From contig NC_092673.1 of NCBI RefSeq assembly GCF_964355755.1, positions 20,581,648 to 20,645,647 on the forward strand: a DNA stretch of 64,000 nt, given 5' to 3'. This document shows, piece after piece, positions 1-12,162 of the stretch (positions are counted from its first letter, which is position 1; each line of letters begins with the position of its first letter). The stretch comes from Antedon mediterranea (Eukaryota; Animalia; Echinodermata). A program made the translations under genes and the position numbers. The notes beneath the pieces were generated by a model. That model was not told the origin of the DNA and made no database searches. It saw only the letters and a list, made by a program, of their open reading frames with translations.

Positions 1-1488
1 TTAGGACACTATAAGACAATCCTTATTCAGAGGACATCCCAGCTAATAATTAAGAACTGCTAAACCCCTGAGTTTAACCATGGACCTAAATTAGGACACT
101 ATAAGACGATCCTTATTCAGAGGACATCCCAGCTATTAATTAAGAACTGCTAAACCCCTGGATTTAACCTTGGACCTAAATTAGGACACTAAAGACAATC
201 CTTATTTAGAGGACATCCCAGCTATTAATTAAGAACTGCTAAACCCCTGGATTTAACCATGGACCTAAATTAGAACACTATAAGACAATCCTTATTCAGA
301 GGACATCCCAGCTATTAATTAAGAACTGCTAAACCACTGGATTTAACCATGGACCTAAATTAGAACACTATAAGACAATCCTTATTCAGAGGACATCCCA
401 GCTATTAATTAAGAACTGCTAAACCCCTGGATTTAACCATGGACCTAAATTAGGACACTATAAGACAATCCTTATTCAGAGGACATCCCAGCTAATAATT
501 AAGAACTGCTAAACCCCTGGGTTTAACCATGGACCTAAATTAGGACACTAAAGACAATCCTTATTCAGAGGAAATCCCAGCTAATAATTAAGAACTGCTA
601 AACCCCTGGATTTAACCATGGACCTAAATTAGAACACTATAAGACAATCCTTATTCAGAGGACATCCCAGCTATTAATTAAGAACTGCTAAACCCCTGGA
701 TTTAACCATGGACCTAAATTAGGACACTATAAGACAATCCTTATTCAGAGGAAATCCCAGCTAATAATTAAGAACTGCTAAACCCCTGGGTTTAACCATG
801 GACCTAAATTAGGACACTAAAGACAATCCTTATTCAGAGGAAATCCCAGCTAATAATTAAGAACTGCTAAACCCCTGGATTTAACCATGGACCTAAATTA
901 GAACACTATAAGACAATCCTTATTCAGAGGACATCCCAGCTATTAATTAAGAACTGCTAAACCCCTGGATTTAACCATGGACCTAAATTAGGACACTATA
1001 AGACAATCCTTATTCAGAGGACATCCCAGCTAATAATTAAGAACTGCTAAACCCCTGGATTTAACCATGGACCTAAATTAGGACACTAAAGACAATCCTT
1101 ATTCAGAGGACATCCCAGCTAATAATAAAAAACTGCTAAACCCCTGGGTTTAACCATGGACCTAAATTAGAACACTATAAGACAATCCTTATTCAGAGGA
1201 CATCCCAGCTAATAATTAAGAACTGCTAAACCCCTGGGTTTAACCATGGACCTAAATTAGAACACTATAAGACAATCCTTATTCAGAGGACATCCCAGCT
1301 AATAATTAAGAACTGCTAAACCCCTGGGTTTAACCATGGACCTAAATTAGGACACTAAAGACAATCCTTATTTAGAGGACATCCCAGCTATTAATTAAGA
1401 ACTGCTAAACCCCTGGGTTTAACCATGGACCTAAATTAGAACACTATAAGACAATCCTTATTAAGAGGAAATCCCAGCTAATAATTAT
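1..1488. repeat. 90-bp tandem satellite, array 1 (open at window start)
   Basis: Unit ttaggacactataagacaatccttattcagaggacatcccagctaataattaagaactgctaaacccctgggtttaaccatggacctaaa repeated head-to-tail with few substitutions and occasional 89-bp units. Confidence 0.98.
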
Positions 1489-1609
1489 GTGTACACGTTG
1501 TTAAATATCGAAGGTGTCCTTAAACATGGGTTCTATTGTAGTAATAGTTAGTGGTTTAATGAACGGGGCCTGAGAAGGAGTATAAAGTAGGTCACGAAAG
1601 AAATAGGTG

Positions 1610-2588
1610 CTACATAGGCAGGATCATGTATAAAATAAAACAGACAAAGTAAGAAACGATCGGTTACATTCATTTAACGTTTAGTGAAACAACTTTGTTA
1701 ACATTGCTTTATCGGAAACCCATTGGTGGTGTTTGATATTGATTAACGTTATCATTTGAAATCCACACAAATTTATGAAAACAAAAGGTTATGTGGAGAG
1801 TGCAGTTTGATACCATCATCTCTTCGGCGTTTATTCATTTTTTGGTGGACCAAGCAAGAGAATGAATTGATTGATAATGACGGGACACCTACAAAAATGA
1901 AAAAAATAATTTTATAGAACAGCATGCGTACTATATAATAATATATATAATATTATATACCCCTTACCAGCTACGGTTTGACTTAAATTGTTATATATAC
2001 ATTTTACCCTTCTCCCAGCAGGGCCATAGCCAGCATGAGGAAGAGACTAGGCTAGCGCCATCTCCCATCCCAATTCCCCAGATATTTTATATTAGTAATT
2101 ATATTTAAAGCATCTTAACCTCTCGCTACGGCCCAGCGCTACCCTAGCTATATCCTTTCACTCATAATATAATGTATATTTACAGTTTAAATTCATTAGT
2201 ATTCATAAGAGTCTCTACATTACTATAAGTGTTTGATATGACCGTAAATACGTTGTTTGCGTTTCCTTTGCGTTTCATCGTTAATCTCCCTTAATTTCGT
2301 TATATCGTTAACTTAATTGTATATTTGTAATTAATTAGATCTCCGTATTATTTGTTAATTGATTTCAAACATTAAAACAAATTAAAATTGTAATTGCCAA
2401 CTATTGTGTACTGATTGTGGATCATATTTCCATACGTTATTGACTATAATATTTGAATCAGCAATGTTTGCAAGCCAGATTTTGTTTACAATTATTGTAT
2501 ATGTATATTTAAAAAAATCTATCTATCAAAAGAAAAATTAAAATTAATGATTTAAATAATTATGCGTAACAGTATTACTACAGTAGAA
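1610..2588. repeat. ~1-kb spacer, copy 1 of a local duplication (paired with 3912-5058)
   Basis: Near-identical from ctacataggcaggatc to tacagtagaa in both copies. Confidence 0.95.
2019..2136. mobile_element. Short degenerate TIR element (hAT-like CAG terminus); also present in spacer copy 2
   Basis: Imperfect inverted ends cagggccatagc ... gctacggcccag. No clear TSD. Confidence 0.45.
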
Positions 2589-3912
2589 AAACTGCTAAAC
2601 CCCTGGGTTTAACCATGGACCTAAATTTGGACACTAAAGACAATCCTTATTCAGAGGACATCCCAGCTAATAATTAAGAACTGCTAAACCCCTGGATTTA
2701 ACCATGGACCTAAATTAGAACACTATAAGACAATCCTTATTCAGAGGACATCCCAGCTAATAATTAAGAACTGCTAAACCCTTGGGTTTAACCATGGACC
2801 TAAATTAGAACACTATAAGACAATCCTTATTCAGAGGACATCCCAGCTAATAATTAAGAACTGCTAAACCTCTGGGTTTAACCATGGACCTAAATTAGAA
2901 CACTATAAGACAATCCTTATTCAGAGGTCATCCTAGCTAATAATTAAGAACTGCTAAACCCCTGGGTTTAACAGTGGACCTAAATTAGAACACTATAAGA
3001 CAATCCTTATTCAGAGGACATCCCAGCTAATAATTAAGAACTGCTAAACCCTTGGGTTTAACCATGGACCTAAATTAGAACACTATAAGACAATCCTTAT
3101 TCAGAGGACATCCCAGCTAATAATTAAGAACTGCTAAACCCCTGGGTTTAACAGTGGACCTAAATTAGAACACTATAAGACAATCCTTATTCAGAGGACA
3201 TCCCAGCTATTAATTAAGAACTGCTAAACCCCTGGATTTAACCATGGACCTAAATTAGAACACTATAAGACAATCCTTATTCAGAGGACATCCCAGCTAA
3301 TAATTAAAAACTGCTAAACCCCTGGGTTTAACCATGGACCTAAATTAGAACACTATAAGACAATCCTTATTCAGAGGACATCCCAGCTATTAATTAAGAA
3401 CTGCTAAACCCCTGGATTTAACCATGGACCTAAATTAGAACACTATAAGACAATCCTTATTCAGAGGACATCCCAGCTAATAATTAAAAACTGCTAAACC
3501 CCTGGGTTTAACCATGGACCTAAATTAGAACACTATAAGACAATCCTTATTCAGAGGACATCCCAGCTAATAATTAAAAACTGCTAAACCCCTGGGTTTA
3601 ACCATGGACCTAAATTAGGACACTATAAGACAATCCTTATTCAGAGGACATCCCAGCTAATAATTAAGAACTGCTAAACCCCTGTGTTTAACCATGGACC
3701 TAAATTAGGACACTATAAGACAATCCTTATTCAGAGGACATCCCAGCTAATAATTAAGAACTGCTAAACCACTGGATTTAACCATGGACCTAAATTAGAA
3801 CACTATAAGACAATCCTTATTCAGAGGACATCCCAGCTAATAATTAAGAACTGCTAAACCCCTGGGTTTAACCATGGACCTAAATTAGAACACTATAAGA
3901 CAATCCTTATTC
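2589..3912. repeat. 90-bp tandem satellite, array 2
   Basis: Same unit as array 1. Ends abruptly mid-unit (ccttattc|tacatagg). Confidence 0.98.
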
Positions 3913-5150
3913 TACATAGGCAGGATCATGTATAAAAATAAAACAGACAAAGTAAGAAACGATCGGTTACATTCATTTAACGTTTAGTGAAACAACTTTG
4001 TTAACATTGCTTTATCGGAAACCCATTGGTGGTGTTTGATATTGATTAACGTTATCATTTGAAATCCACACAAATTTATGAAAACAAAAGGTTATGTTGG
4101 AGAGTGCAGTTTGATACCATCATCTCTTCGGCTTTTATTCATTTTTTGGTGGACCAAGCAAGAGAATGAATTGATTATGACGGGTCACCTACAAAAATGT
4201 AAAAAATAATTTTATAGAACAGCAGGCGTACTATATAATAATATATATAATATTATATACCCCTTACCAGCTATGGTTTGACTTAAATTGTTATATATAC
4301 ATTTTACCCTTCTCCCAGCAGGGCCATAGCCAGCATGAGGAAGAGACTAGGCTAGCGCCATCTCCCATCCCAATTCCCCAGATATTTTATATTAGTAATT
4401 ATATTTAAAGCATCTTAACCTCTCGCTACGGCCCAGCGCTACCCTAGCATATATCCTTTCACTCATAATATAATGTATTTTACAGTTTAAATTCATTAGT
4501 ATTCATAAGAGTCTCTACATTACTATAAGTGTTTGATATGACCGTAAATACGTTGTTTGCGTTTCCTTTGCGTTTCATCGTTAATCTCCCTTAATTTCGT
4601 TATATCGTTAACTTAATTGTATATTTGTAATTAATTAGATCTCCGTATTATTTGTTAATTGATTTCAAACATTAAAACAAATTAAAATTGTAATTGCTAA
4701 CTATTGTGTACTGATTGTGTATCATATTTTCATACTTAAGCTCTGTCCACACTATCAAACTTTATGTGTCAAAAAAATGTGATGTGCCCATATATGGACA
4801 TGATGATGTCATATCACTACCATATTTAAGCATAGCACTACCATATATAGGCACATCAAACTTTTTTGACACATAAAGTTTGATAGTGTAGACAAGGCTT
4901 AATACGTTATTGACTATAATATTTGAATCAACAATGTTTGCAAGCCAGATTTTGTTTACAATTATTGTATATGTATATTTAAAAAAATCTATCTATCAAA
5001 AGAAAAATTAAAATTAATGATTTAAATAATTATGCGTAACAGTATTACTACAGTAGAAAAACTGCTAAACCCCTGGATTTAACAGTGGACCTAAATCACT
5101 AACAACACTAAAGACAATCCTTACTCAGAGGTCATCCCAGTTAATAATTA
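3912..5150. repeat. Spacer copy 2 (contains a MITE) followed by one diverged satellite monomer
   Basis: Aligns with 1610-2588 apart from the 4739-4899 element. 5059-5150 is a single degenerate 90-bp unit. Confidence 0.93.
4739..4899. mobile_element. MITE, AGCTCTGTCTACAC family (PIF/Harbinger-like)
   Basis: TIR agctctgtccacactatcaaactttatgtgtcaaaaaa / ttttttgacacataaagtttgatagtgtagacaaggct, with tta/taa flanks. Further copies at 30981, 33396, 33971 and 39264. Confidence 0.88.
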
Positions 5151-5262
5151 TCAGCCTATGCCTATAAAAAAAAATAATATTATATGTTATTATTTATATT
5201 AAGATTAACAAGTTCTTCCCACTTTGTTTATGTTTCTGGACCTTTGATATGGAATCAATTAG

Positions 5263-5455
5263 ACACCAGTATTGAATTACGCTTCCTCTCTCTCAACTTT
5301 TCGTAAAAAAATATTAAAAATCACTTATCATCATTGTATTCGAACTAGATCTTCAAACTGTTTTTGTCATGACCTTATTTTATTTATATATATAATTATA
5401 TACAAATGTATTTTTTCTTTTCGTTTATGGGCCTTGCGTGACAAGAAATCTCTTA
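5263..5455. repeat. Dispersed ~190-bp repeat, homologous to ~9982-10166
   Basis: Shared accagtattg...tcattgtattc.aactaga.cttcaaactgtttttgt...gtgacaagaaatctctta. Confidence 0.85.
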
Positions 5456-6228
5456 AAGCAAGATCTATTAATGGTATTAATTGTTTCATTATTATAAATT
5501 ACCATTTTCATTTTTGTTATTATTCATTAAACAAGTTATTTCTTTGGTTTCAATATAGGCCTAAAATTTAAACAAAAACGGTACTGCAAACAGGCCTATC
5601 TGCATCTCGATGGTAGAATGCGAGAGACACTAAGGTAAGAGGCCTTCAGATATGCAAAGCGTACTTTAGATGTTCGAAGCATTTGTCGATAATTAATAAT
5701 AATGGAATCTACCCTCCATCATCATCATCGGTGTTCCAAGTGTAATATAACCGATATTGTTCCCAGGGGTATATAACATTTCTATGCTTCTGGATCCATT
5801 AAGAGATTCATTTCCATATCAACTCAACATCGAGGAAGGGAGCAAAAGGAACGCGCTAGGGAACAGAAAAAATCAATGGGGAATAACTGAGTCCGGAAAT
5901 CTATCCTTCATTACTAGGTCAGTTTCTCTACAGCAGTGGCCGTATTTTGCAATAAATTAAATACTGTTAAATCATTTATATAATGTGTTTTAATTAATTT
6001 AACTCTTCCCTGGTGTGAGCTTAAATGGCTAAAATGTTCAAGGCACATACATTAAGTTCCACGTGTACGCGTGAACATTACACGCGTACACGTAACTTAC
6101 GTTGATTTAACGCCGATATTTGGACAATATAACTGTCCTGTTAAATCGCCCTCTTTCTTGTTTCTGAAATAATGTCGACGTTGTGACGTTATAACGTGAT
6201 TCAGCACGTTCAATTTACGTTATCCTTA

Positions 6229-6362
6229 AGGCCAAATTACACAGACGAGCGGTAACGGTAAGCGGAAAACCGCGTAGCTGCCCCACGTAGAATCTGTTCC
6301 TTATGACCATTTACATAAAGCGCGGAGCCGAGCCGTTACCGATCGTCTGTGTAAATTGGCCT
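6229..6362. mobile_element. MITE, AGGCCAATTTACAC family (PIF/Harbinger-like)
   Basis: TIR aggccaaattacacagacga / tcgtctgtgtaaattggcct with a tta duplication. Confidence 0.85.
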
Positions 6363-6626
6363 TTATACTGTACCACAATTCCTGAATCGTTTAGTTTTTA
6401 GCACTGAAGTAATAAGCTGTATAGTAGGATGTGGATAATTGTTTACTTTTTTTTACTAATTTCCAAATTCGTGACATTACTTATAATTGATTGATTAGCC
6501 AAATTGATATGAGCATTGTAACGGTCATATTACAGAAACTGAATAAGGGGAAAACGTTTTTGTACTAGAATATGCTCGATTCTTGGAATTGATTTCATGC
6601 CGTAATTAAAATCGTGTTAACAATTA

Positions 6627-6800
6627 AGGCCAATTTACACTGACGAGCGGTAACGGTAAGTGGAAAACCTTGTAGAATCTGTATCTATTCTGAGCGGAAA
6701 CCACCCGTTCGCTCCGCATTTTGTGTAAATGGTCATAAGGAATAACATAGATTCTATATTTTTATCGTTACCGCTTACGGTCTCATGTGTAAAATGGCAT
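6627..6800. mobile_element. MITE, AGGCCAATTTACAC family, second copy
   Basis: Same left end (aggccaatttacactgacgagcggtaacggtaag) and a degenerate right TIR gtgtaaaatggcat. Confidence 0.8.
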
Positions 6801-7035
6801 TATTAATAAGCCGGTTTAATCTAGGCCTCATGAAATAAAAATAATGACAATAAAGAGACTAATCTATTGGTAATTTGAAAACTATCAATGTGGTTATTGT
6901 GATTAATAAATTCACTCTAATAAAATTAGCAAAGCGATATCATACGGTATAAAAGCAAGTTAAGTTCTAAATTACTTGGGTGTATACACAAGGCACGTTT
7001 AAACTTTAATCGTGAATCTACTTGATGTTGTGGGA

Positions 7036-7156
7036 GTATGTTTCCATACGTGTTTGATCCCAAAAAAATACTGGGGTAATAATGCTTGTAAAGCGCCTTT
7101 GAGCATGATTACTCATGAAAAGGGCGCTATATAAATGTGGTATTTTTATTATTATT
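7036..7156 (+). mobile_element. 3' part of a SINE with an L2-like tail
   Basis: gtatgtttcca...tgtttgatcc...ggggtaataa is shared with the SINE at 29852. Tail tgtaaagcgcctttgag...gggcgctatataaat...(att)n. Confidence 0.65.
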
Positions 7157-8456
7157 GTGCATAAGTAATGTAACTTTTTATTTCCTATATTCAATCAGAG
7201 GCATAATTTATTCTTTTAAAATGTGTATAATTTCAATTGTGTGAATAATAAATTTACTTTATAAAATCTCAAACCGGTTTTTTTTTTAATGGAAAAAAAT
7301 ATTTTGATTTGGATTACGTGACTGTTTTATCAGTTACAAAATGCAGTAGCATAACTCTACATTGTAAAAGTGCCGACACGATCGTTTACTGACCACAATG
7401 TATTTTAAACGCACGTTCTATTAAGATGTAGGATGTTTAAACGCCCTTTGTTTGTATCGGAGTTACATTGCGGTTTAGTTTGTTCAAACGATACACCATC
7501 GTTGTAATATAAATCCGATTAGGAATGTATTTTTTATTGCTGTTCTAACTTTCTGAAACCGCGTTACATCGGAGGTCCATCCGAGTTCATGAAACACCGT
7601 AGTATAACTTAACATACTCAGTATGATTCGGATCAGCTTAACTCGGCTACTGTAACGCAAGCGCGTGTGAACACGGCATGTGAAAAACGTGTTTGCCGGA
7701 CGACAAACGGGATGAAATCATAGAAATAGCTTTCTTAATTGAACAAAATTACATGTTAAAACTCACTAAATGTATTACTTGAGATAAAAAGAGTTTCATC
7801 GAAACGTTGGTTGAAGTATCTTTGTGATAAACCGGTCGGATATGTGACGTATAATTAGAAAACAGTCGTTCAAATAGCTCATAGTGCTCTTCCGTGCCAA
7901 GCGTTCCTGAAAAGAAAAACGTTCGTGTTAGTTTAATACGTGTGTTTTAACTATAGCTTAAAGATATACAGTACTGTCTCCAATAAAAGGATTTTTTTTT
8001 TTTCTTTTTTTGTTTTTTTTTTTCTTTCGTGGGAGTAACCCACCTTTATTGTACATTTTTTTAAAATATTTATATTAATTTTATCACCATACAATATCAA
8101 TATCGGTACAAAATGCTTGAACCAATCCATATATATATATATATATATATATACAGTATGCATGGTACTGAGTACTTTCATATATATTTTACAATCGGTA
8201 TAATTTTTACATTTTTTTATAACACATTTTTAAGCTTGTTTTAAAAATATTCTATGGCCAAAATAACAACATCAATATAGTTTAGTAATCAATATCTAGT
8301 GATATCCTTTTTTCTGCGGAAGTGATTAACTTGATTAAAACTACAAAATGGCCTATTCAAAGTCTTTTTAAAATTAATCCTCAATTGTCATGTTTTTGGT
8401 GAAAATAAAGGCCGCAGTATATGCGTTATTATATCAAACATTTTATTTGTACCTTT

Positions 8457-8952
8457 TTAGTCGCGTGGACACGACTCTATAGTTCACTATGTCGGTCGGT
8501 CGGTCGGTCGGTCTTTCGGTCTGTCTGTCTGTCGGTCTGTCGGTCCGGTATCACTATGCGTTTTATCGCTTTTCTGTACTTTTTGAACTGTTTTATTTAA
8601 CATAGGTCAAAAACCAAATAACATTTTAAATTGAAACTTTGCAAAAGTTTAATTTATATCAGGCGCTAACTTTCTGTTGAAAAAAAATGTGTGTTTTACA
8701 CAAAGTTACGTACGCACGCGCATTTAAAATTTTAAAATGCGCAAAATTAATTTTTAATCAACTTTCTACGCGTTTCTTGTCATTTTGAGCATGTCAAAAC
8801 TTCCCATACGCGTGATTTATGTTTTTGCAGCCTTTTCTAATAATTTTACCAACAATTTCGACTTAAAATTACGTCATACGAGCACGTCGAATTGGATAAT
8901 TTGCGCACGTTTTTGATGAAAAAGTTCAAAAATTCGTCAAAATTATGCCTTT
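8457..8952 (+). mobile_element. Helentron/DINE-1-like non-autonomous element (5' part) carrying the same core as the 40-64 kb elements
   Basis: T-run, then ttagtcgcgtggacacgact 5' hairpin and a (gtcg/gtct)n microsatellite. 8594-8950 is near-identical to ~46807-47240. Confidence 0.8.
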
Positions 8953-9084
8953 TTAGTCGCGTGTGGACGCGACTCTATAGTTCACTATGTCGGTCGGTCG
9001 GTCTGTCTGTCGGTTTGTCGGTCTGTCTGTCGGTCCGGTATCACTATGCATTGTAGCACGCGACTTAATGGCTGTTGGCCTTGT
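8953..9084 (+). mobile_element. Complete minimal Helentron/DINE-1-like element
   Basis: 5' hairpin agtcgcgt-gtgg-acgcgact, GTCY/GTCG microsatellite, 3' subTIR cacgcgact, short 3' hairpin ggctgttggcc. Lies in a T-run with no TSD. Confidence 0.82.
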
Positions 9085-9699
9085 TCATTTTCTGTGTGGT
9101 CCCCAGATATGGTAACTATTACTGAAGGAAGTTCTAATTGCAGAAGTTTCCCAAACTCTGTATTTTACCATTTTAAAGAATATTCATGTTTTTATTTTTT
9201 AATTTGTATACAATAACTAAATATTTATGCCTGTATATTAGTGTGTAGTGAATAAAGGTCTAAGTTGGTCAGATGTTTGCCCTCTGACGTAATTTTGTAC
9301 TTTATGCTATTATTAGATACATCGCGAAGACTTTTTCGCAAGTAGGCCTAATTCTCTGTTTTTACTTTAATTTTAAGCAGGATTCAGATTATCATATTCA
9401 ATCTTTTCCTGCTTACACACCAACAAGAATAAACATATTATTATTCTTGTCATGGGACTACGTAGATATATATTATATATTTGTTTACAATATCAATGTA
9501 ATAAACAGATATACAAATGTCGGAATTGTATAAATGTTACCGAACGGAATCCTCATTAGATCTGTTAATCCACCATTAAGGCATTAATAACCATCGACCA
9601 TAACATATTGATTCCCAATTTACAAACACCTCATTTAAAAAAACGTGTTATAACTTTCATTTTGTAGTAGATACAAACAATTATGACTAGGCACATTAA

Positions 9700-9872
9700 A
9701 GCGTGGTTCCCACTAGCGACGCAACACAAGGACGTAACGCAACGCAAGTGAATTGACCAATCACAAGCGATGGCTTATTCGCTTGTGATTGCTAACTGTC
9801 TATACTTCGCTTGTCATTGGTTAAAACGCTTGCGTTGCGTTTACGTCCTTACGTTCTAGTGGGAACCAAGCT
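9700..9872. mobile_element. MITE, AGCTTGGTTCCCACTAG family (PIF/Harbinger-like)
   Basis: TIR agcgtggttcccactag / ctagtgggaaccaagct with a taa duplication. Inverted copy at 24602. Confidence 0.9.
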
Positions 9873-10785
9873 TAAGTTGACTGCTGACAACCGTTTGACA
9901 TTGCGACGAAGACGGATGTGTTGATTTATCGGGCGTGGTTAGTTGCGCTTACTATACGTCTTTGGGTTGCGTCCTATAGATACCAGTATTGTTAACTCTT
10001 CCTCTCTCTCTCTCTCTCTCTCTCAAAAAAATAATTTATTATCATTGTATTCAAACTAGACCTTCAAACTGTTTTTGTAATAACATTACTTTATATATAA
10101 TTAGGCCTATATGCAAATGTATTTTTTCTTTTCGTGTTTGGATCTTTTGTGACAAGAAATCTCTTATTTCATGATTTTTAATATTGTTTTACCATTGATT
10201 ATAGAAACTAATAAATGTTGAATTATTATAGTGGAAACAAGTTTTAATGTTGTGATGACTGTACAGGATAGATTCCTTGCAATTCATTCGCTGGAAAGGA
10301 AATGATATGCGTTTCCCGAAGGATTAAGTCAGGTATTATTGTAATCTTATTCTTCCCTCATTAAATCTAAATTCACCACAAAAATTCCCCGTGTAAACAA
10401 ATTAAACGTTTACACTCAGGCCTCAATCTACCGGAGGTGTACTCATAATAAAACTTGTATCACGGATACTTACTATGCCTTCAACACACAAAATCAATTA
10501 AGCGAAAAGCATATTCGCCCATCCATTTCAGATTTAAATGATTTTGTTTTTAAAATCCGGATGTTAAAGGTAATTGAAGTTCAAACTTACTATAAAATAT
10601 ATACTTAGATGTCCTGGAGTACTTTTCATATTAATCATGGCGCATTATGTAATCAAATTTTCTTTTTAGATATTTTTTAAATCTATATTTAAAGAATCTT
10701 CGTTCGTTTGTTCAATTTAATATTTATTACATGCCTTTATTGAATTAATATTTTACTTTATTTTGAATTATATGTGGAGTGTATT

Positions 10786-10975
10786 TGAATTATGTAATAT
10801 TGAACGGAACATTGGACAAGGTTAGCACTTCATTTAAACATTTGTAAGCAATGTGTCCCTCCCGCTTCCCTCCCCTCCCCCACCATATATAGAGTTTATT
10901 CGAATTATGTACTATTGAACGGAACATTGGACAAGGTTAGCACTTCATTTAAACATTTAAGCAATGTTTCCCTCC
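10786..10975. repeat. Local direct duplication of ~75 bp
   Basis: gaattatgta.tattgaacggaacattggacaaggttagcacttcatttaaacattt occurs twice. Confidence 0.9.
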
Positions 10976-12072
10976 AAGTTGATCCGTGTGGCCGATATGA
11001 TTCACTTGATTACTCAAACTGTAAAGAGTACCTTCGATGTCCGTTATGATCCGCTACATAACTGTTATCAATATTAAATGGATCTGGCATTAGACTACGA
11101 CCACCAAAAGCCAATCTATGTAGAACTTATGAAGTCCTTTCTTGCAAATAATTATGTACAATTCTAACGTTCGACGATAACTCTTTGCTGTCATTTTTAT
11201 TTTGAATTTTAATCGTTTTAACAGTATTTTACAGCTACTAATTGCAATACTTAGAATACAATTTCTATAGGCCTAAATTAAATATTTAATACCTTTTACC
11301 ATGTTTACACATTCTTATTAATGGTGTTAACTTATTTGTAAAAAGTAATGAAAAAAAAGAAGAAAAGGAGTGGAATTAATAAAGGTGGGTTGTTCACACG
11401 AAAGACAAAAAAAAGTATTTTACAGGGCCTATGGCGTTTTTGCAATCTGCATTTGTAATAGTAAATTCTTAACAGTATTTTAACAGCATTTTAACATAGG
11501 CCTATATTAATAGTATTTTAACATTGCCTTTTGCAATTTTTCTTTGTTCTTGTTTTTTTTTATTGTCTTAATTATGCCAAGCAAAACAAATTTCCATTTT
11601 AAAGTGGACAAATAAAATTTCATAAATCTTAATAAGGAATTTGTTGAATTATTTGGTACATTAATTTAAAAATGCAAATTCTATTTTTAGAATCGAAGGA
11701 TCTAATATTCAGAGAGTTCGTAATTGCTTTTTAAATATATAAAAACAAGTTTATGATGTTTATTAGCATTTAGATTGTTAAGTTATTCAAAATTATCGGG
11801 TGATTAAATTAATCACCTTTTAATATTGATGGAATATGATTAGCCTGTGTAGTGTTGGTCCATTGGATATGAAAGAATGAATCCTGGCTAAGTATGTCCT
11901 GTTCCTATCCTGACTAATATAAAATCCTAATCATACATTGTTATACATAAATCTTAGGAGCAAGTAAACCGACAACATTCTAACCTTTTCTCTTTCTGAC
12001 ACTTTCGTTTGGAAGATACATAAAGATATATAAAAAGAATACGCAATTAATTACATTAATTAACTGATTAAT

Positions 12073-12162
12073 TCATTCAAAGCATTTCATTCAAAGCATT
12101 TCATTCAAAAAATTTCATTCAAAGCATTTCATTCAACAACTTTCATTCAACAACTTTCATCC
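12073..12162. repeat. 14-bp minisatellite (ttcattcaaagcat)n
   Basis: About six degenerate tandem copies. Confidence 0.9.

Noticed and set aside
1-3912. Satellite as a CRISPR array or coding repeat
   Set aside because: Contiguous 90-bp units with no unique spacers and no sustained ORF.
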